The notes below the pieces were generated by a model. That model did no database searches. It was not told the DNA's origin and saw nothing but the letters and a program-made list of their open reading frames with translations. From the IMG/VR virus record IMGVR_UViG_3300032167_005013: a DNA stretch of 64,000 nt. One strand, given 5' to 3'. Below, one piece after another: positions 60,389-64,000 of this stretch (positions within the stretch are counted from its first letter, which is position 1; the number at the start of each line of letters is the position of its first letter). Position numbers and translations under genes: made by a program. Source of the stretch: a virus. Taxonomy: Duplodnaviria > Heunggongvirae > Uroviricota > Caudoviricetes.

Positions 60389-62059
60389 ATTTTTCCATAT
60401 ATATCTATACAACCCACAATCCCATATTTTTACATAATCAAGTTCCTTAGCCATCTCACTTTCTGTCATAGTTAATGGAAAACCATATTTCCTATTAAGA
60501 TTTTGTTTTCTGAAATTGAATTTATGTATCCGTTCAACAGATTTATGTGTATTGATGTAACGATAATCAGGCTTTAATACACCATCTAAGTTAAATCCCA
60601 ATTTTGTATATAGATTATCTCCTTCATTTATTGTCCATCTCCTATCAGCAAATGATTTGACCTCATCGGGATTATATTTTTCAACAAAATATTTAAACAT
60701 CTTTCCCCCAACACCACAACAAACATAATTATAGTCAGACGCAAACCTCGTCAACTCCCATTTATTAGAATTTTTATTTTCCCGTTTAAATGTCATTACA
60801 GCAACTATATTATTCTCATAATAAGCACATAGACATACTGTAGACTTGCTATATCCTTGAATATGATATTTGCTTAAAAATTCTTCGGCAACAGTACAAT
60901 TTGTCTCAGTAACCAAGCATTTCCTACCAAATATTTTATGTTTATTATTAGTTTTACCCAAAATATGTCTTATTTTTCCTAAAACCACATCTTTATGACG
61001 TAAATATTCATCTTCAAAAATTTGAACTAATTTTATACCTTTATCAATACATTTAATAGTTTTTGATAAATGATATGCGCTATCCTTACCAAATTCCTCA
61101 CTGTGCCATCTCAAACCATTGTATTCAAAACCAATATTTAAACTCGGAATTAAAATATCAATTTCTCTTCCTTCTAAAATAACTCTATCTTTTTTCACCA
61201 CATTTTCACTCCCTACCATATTACATATAAAATCATATATTTCCCTTTCTGCATTTGATTCCAACATAGCACAAGATGGACAACCATGCCCAGCTAAATG
61301 GTCATACGCAAATTGAGTAAAGTTACCATGCTTGGGACAAATAATATCTATTTTCGAATGTAATGTTTCAAACTTCTTTATGCTCGAATAATCATATTTT
61401 TCCCCATGGATTTTTTTTACCCGTTTAATATATTCATCATACTTAACTGTGAGTTTTTCTGCCATACTCACCTTACCACATTTAGGACATCCTTGCCCAT
61501 ATAAATGTTTAGCCGGTGTTTGCCAAAATTCCCCATGCTCAGGGCATATAATACAAACCTTTGTATTACTGTTTATGTATTCTACCTTCGAATAGTCAAA
61601 CTTATTTCTATGAATACTCTTTGCTTTTTCAATAAAAATAAATTTATCCATACCCCTCCCCGCACATTTGGGACAACCTTGTCCAGTTAAATGAACAGAG
61701 GGCATTTGCCAAAAATCACCATGTTTTGAACAAACAATACAGACTTTAGTCCTAGCATTAATATAATTCACTTTCGAATAATCATATTCATCACCATGAA
61801 TCTCACGTGCTTTTTCAATAAACTCTTCTACCGAACTTCTCGTATTAAGAGTCCTATTTTCAAGAGCACATTTGGGGCAACAATTCCCCCTTACATGAGC
61901 TTGTGGTGTTTGCCAAAATTCCCCATGCTCAGGGCATATAATACAAACCTTTGTATTACTGTTTATGTATTCAACTTTTGAATAATCATATTTATTACTA
62001 TGCCGTTTTATTGCTTTTTCAATAAATTTTTTTTGTTTTTCCATATTTTTGTTTTCCAT
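60380..62059 (-). CDS. Zinc-ribbon-repeat homing-endonuclease-like protein with PD-(D/E)xK nuclease and C-terminal GNAT/Mom-like domain
   Basis: Four KYDYSKV.Y...C..HG.F.Q....H..G.GCP.C repeats; EIDI...GFEYNG..WH nuclease core; C-terminal WELTRFA...SFADRR...LY..LGF. Host-type -7 TATATTTG at 62068-62075. Confidence 0.8.
   Translation of the reverse strand: MENKNMEKQKKFIEKAIKRHSNKYDYSKVEYINSNTKVCIICPEHGEFWQTPQAHVRGNCCPKCALENRTLNTRSSVEEFIEKAREIHGDEYDYSKVNYINARTKVCIVCSKHGDFWQMPSVHLTGQGCPKCAGRGMDKFIFIEKAKSIHRNKFDYSKVEYINSNTKVCIICPEHGEFWQTPAKHLYGQGCPKCGKVSMAEKLTVKYDEYIKRVKKIHGEKYDYSSIKKFETLHSKIDIICPKHGNFTQFAYDHLAGHGCPSCAMLESNAEREIYDFICNMVGSENVVKKDRVILEGREIDILIPSLNIGFEYNGLRWHSEEFGKDSAYHLSKTIKCIDKGIKLVQIFEDEYLRHKDVVLGKIRHILGKTNNKHKIFGRKCLVTETNCTVAEEFLSKYHIQGYSKSTVCLCAYYENNIVAVMTFKRENKNSNKWELTRFASDYNYVCCGVGGKMFKYFVEKYNPDEVKSFADRRWTINEGDNLYTKLGFNLDGVLKPDYRYINTHKSVERIHKFNFRKQNLNRKYGFPLTMTESEMAKELDYVKIWDCGLYRYIWKNNG
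61515..61972. repeat. Perfect 68-bp direct repeat (61515-61582 and 61905-61972) between Zn-repeat units 1 and 3
   Basis: Identical nucleotide sequence, 390 bp apart. Confidence 0.95.
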
Positions 62060-62123
62060 ATGATAGGCAAATATATTAACTTATTTTTTATAAAACAATT
62101 TTTTAAAAAAACTTTATTAGTAC

Positions 62124-62131
62124 TATTTATA
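62124..62131 (+). promoter_or_regulatory. TATTTATA candidate late promoter for tail tube
   Basis: Plus orientation, 37 nt upstream of ATG 62169. Confidence 0.7.
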
Positions 62132-62168
62132 TTTGAATACTATAATAAATAGCCAAGAATTACTTAAA

Positions 62169-62657
62169 ATGTCTGATATGCTTTTAAAAATGCCGCTTCA
62201 ATACGAGCCGCTGAGAAAAAATAGATGGATTATGAGATTCCCTGCTGACCTTGGAATTCAGGAATGGTACCTTGCATCAGCTTCTCGTCCCGGAGTTTCA
62301 CAAACCGCAAAACCAATACAGTTCCTTAATACTGAAACATATGTTGCAGGACGTTACGTTTGGGATTCAGTAAATGTAACTCTTAATGACCCAATAGGCC
62401 CTTCTGCTTCACAGGCAATCATGGAATGGGAACGTTTGATTTCAGAGTCAGCAACAGGACGTCAAGGTTATGCTGCAGGATATAAGAGAGATGTTGAACT
62501 TGCAATGCTTGACCCAACAGGAGTTGTTGTACAACTTTGGGTACTTAAGAATGCATGGCCCGAGAATGTAAAATTCGGAGACCTTAACTATTCTGATGAC
62601 GGTATTGCTCAGATTACAATGAGTCTCAAAATAGACTACGCTTTACTTGCGTATTAA
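62169..62657 (+). CDS. Tail tube protein (T4 gp19-like)
   Basis: EPLRKNRW...TL.DPIGPS..QAIMEW...YKRDV.L.MLDPTG...W.L..AWP...FGDL.Y; ATG 62169 preferred. Confidence 0.9.
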   Translation: MSDMLLKMPLQYEPLRKNRWIMRFPADLGIQEWYLASASRPGVSQTAKPIQFLNTETYVAGRYVWDSVNVTLNDPIGPSASQAIMEWERLISESATGRQGYAAGYKRDVELAMLDPTGVVVQLWVLKNAWPENVKFGDLNYSDDGIAQITMSLKIDYALLAY

Positions 62658-62684
62658 TTTATTGATAATAAATATTTTAAATAT

Positions 62685-62714
62685 AAAGGATGGTAAAAAT
62701 ACCATCCTTTTTTT
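62685..62714 (+). terminator. Intrinsic terminator after the tail tube gene
   Basis: AAAGGATGGTA-AAAA-TACCATCCTTT followed by a T-run. Confidence 0.9.
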
Positions 62715-62786
62715 GTTTTTATGAATAAAAAATACTATATTTACAAAACTTATTAAAACTTACCAAAAGTTTTCAAAATATGATAA

Positions 62787-62794
62787 TATTTATA
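62787..62794 (+). promoter_or_regulatory. TATTTATA candidate late promoter for the HTH/endonuclease cassette
   Basis: 10 nt upstream of ATG 62805. Confidence 0.55.
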
Positions 62795-62804
62795 ATAAAA
62801 AGAT

Positions 62805-62975
62805 ATGGAAAAATTGCTTAAATTATCTGAAGTTGCTGAAATACTAAACGTCAGTAAAAATACTTTAAGAAATTGGGATAATAATGGAAAATTAATTTCT
62901 GTTAGAACTTGTGGGAATCAAAGACGTTATAAAGAAAGTGATGTACAAAATTTAATAAATGGTAAAAAACTTTAA
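62805..62975 (+). CDS. Stand-alone MerR/excisionase-type HTH protein (56 aa), similar to the IS607 TnpA N-terminus
   Basis: Hand translation MEKLLKLSEVAEILNVSKNTLRNWDNNGKLISVRTCGNQRRYKESDVQNLINGKKL. Confidence 0.8.
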   Translation: MEKLLKLSEVAEILNVSKNTLRNWDNNGKLISVRTCGNQRRYKESDVQNLINGKKL

Positions 62976-62977
62976 AA

Positions 62978-64000
62978 ATGATAAGTACAAAAAGAAAAAC
63001 AACTGCAGAATTCATTGAAGAAGCAAGAAAAGTTCACGGTAACAAATATGATTATTCAAAAGTTGAATATAAGAATAATAAAACAAAAGTGTGCATCATT
63101 TGTCCTGAGCATGGTGAATTTTGGCAAGCGCCACTAAACCACATAAGACAAAAACAGGGCTGTCCAACCTGTGGCTTGCATAATTTTGTTGATACTGATA
63201 TTTTCATAAATAAAGTCCGTTCTATTCACGGGGACAAATATGATTATTCAAAAACAATTTATGTTGATTATGAAACTAAAGTAACCATTACATGCCCAAT
63301 ACATGGAGACTTCACACAGAAGCCTTCGTCATTAATAAAAGGGTATGGTTGCCCTAAATGTAAAAGAGAAGAAAACTCTAAACAATACTACGAATGGAGA
63401 ACATGCCCTATCTGTGGAAAACAATTTTATATTCGTAAAAAATATGAAAAAATAACATGTTCAGAAGAATGTTATAAAAAGTACATTCAAATACATAAAA
63501 CAGAGATTAACCAAAAAAGAAGTCTTTCCCTAAAATCTTCTTTTAGTAAAATGACTATCGAACAAAAACAAGAAATACAAAAAAATAGAGAAAAAACTTT
63601 TTTGGAAAAATATGGTACCACAAAACCAAACCAATCCAAGGAATATAGAGAAAAAATGTCAAAACTACTTAAATCCGTCGATTGGTCTCAACGCAGTGAA
63701 AAAATTAAAAACGAACAACTTATACCAAAATACACTAAAATTTGTGAAGATGATAACCTTACATTATTAGAATTTCGCAATAGGTTTGACTGTACTGTAA
63801 AATGTAATAAGTGTGGAACCGTATTCACTACATATTGTTTAGGGAATTTAACTGAACAAACAACACATAATATTTGCCGAGTATGTCATCCTATCGACAA
63901 TGTTATTTATGAAAGTATCATTTCTACACAAATAGAGGAAATTCTCAAAGAGCAAAATATATTTTATCATAAAAACACACGAAGTGTTATAAAACCTCTG
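62978..64000 (+). CDS. Second zinc-ribbon-repeat endonuclease-like protein, truncated at right edge
   Basis: Open for 341 codons: two KYDYSK...CP.HG...GCP.C repeats, CPICG...TCSEEC, EKYG..PNQS, CNKCG...CRVC; ends where a nuclease core would begin. Confidence 0.8.
   Translation, partial: MISTKRKTTAEFIEEARKVHGNKYDYSKVEYKNNKTKVCIICPEHGEFWQAPLNHIRQKQGCPTCGLHNFVDTDIFINKVRSIHGDKYDYSKTIYVDYETKVTITCPIHGDFTQKPSSLIKGYGCPKCKREENSKQYYEWRTCPICGKQFYIRKKYEKITCSEECYKKYIQIHKTEINQKRSLSLKSSFSKMTIEQKQEIQKNREKTFLEKYGTTKPNQSKEYREKMSKLLKSVDWSQRSEKIKNEQLIPKYTKICEDDNLTLLEFRNRFDCTVKCNKCGTVFTTYCLGNLTEQTTHNICRVCHPIDNVIYESIISTQIEEILKEQNIFYHKNTRSVIKPL

Noticed and set aside
61515-61972. DGR pair or IS terminal repeats
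   Set aside because: Copies are identical, direct, and correspond to protein repeat units.
4935-61981. Numerous 60-200 aa antisense or alternate-frame ORFs, for example 13982-14593, 45101-45547, 53581-54057
   Set aside because: Shadow ORFs fully inside long, motif-bearing genes; composition is typical of reverse-frame translation.
62805-62975. Complete IS607 element
   Set aside because: Only the HTH is present; no serine-recombinase catalytic domain or TnpB RuvC motifs follow within the window.
1-64000. Stop-codon reassignment (TAG or TGA), as in Lak and some crAss-like phages
   Set aside because: ORFs of 1600-2000 aa are intact in code 11. TAG ends genes at 29514, 34588, 41161 and 60380, and TGA at 4175, 8459 and 56899, at sensible protein ends.
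1-64000. CRISPR array, tRNA or rRNA genes
   Set aside because: No regularly spaced repeats with unique spacers and no T-loop/cloverleaf pattern seen; intergenic gaps are short and mostly explained by promoters and terminators.

Overview
A gene-dense, AT-rich 64 kb segment of a large (probably jumbo) contractile-tailed dsDNA phage. The host is most likely Bacteroidota: there are TTTG-N19-20-TAnnTTTG promoters, a Bacteroidota-type bS21 and a Fib_succ_major-like domain. Minus strand, 1-32161: tail-fibre, receptor-binding and baseplate genes. 32277-41016: an embedded replication/recombination block (DnaB helicase, 5'-3' exonuclease, NAD-dependent ligase, RecA/UvsX, thymidine kinase, gp32-like SSB). 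Next come a small operon ending in ribosomal protein bS21, a hub-amidase fusion, tape measure and tail chaperone, then a tail tube gene flanked by zinc-ribbon-repeat endonucleases. The standard genetic code fits; no tRNA, CRISPR or reverse transcriptase was seen. Two large edge ORFs (1-3962, 62978-64000) and two small ORFs (35780-35896, 62805-62975) are missing from the supplied track and were translated by hand. Main leads: (1) phage bS21 with a Shine-Dalgarno site in a largely SD-free genome, a possible ribosome-sensing feedback loop; (2) a Zn-repeat/nuclease/Mom-like GNAT fusion and an HTH+nuclease cassette beside the tail tube gene; (3) a 38-aa acidic/aromatic microprotein next to an inverted-repeat cluster in the replication block; (4) a recurrent TATTTATA late-promoter candidate; (5) a candidate +1/-2 chaperone frameshift; (6) a shared MAQP N-terminus on three DNA-processing enzymes. 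All product calls come from motif recognition and gene order; no database search was run.
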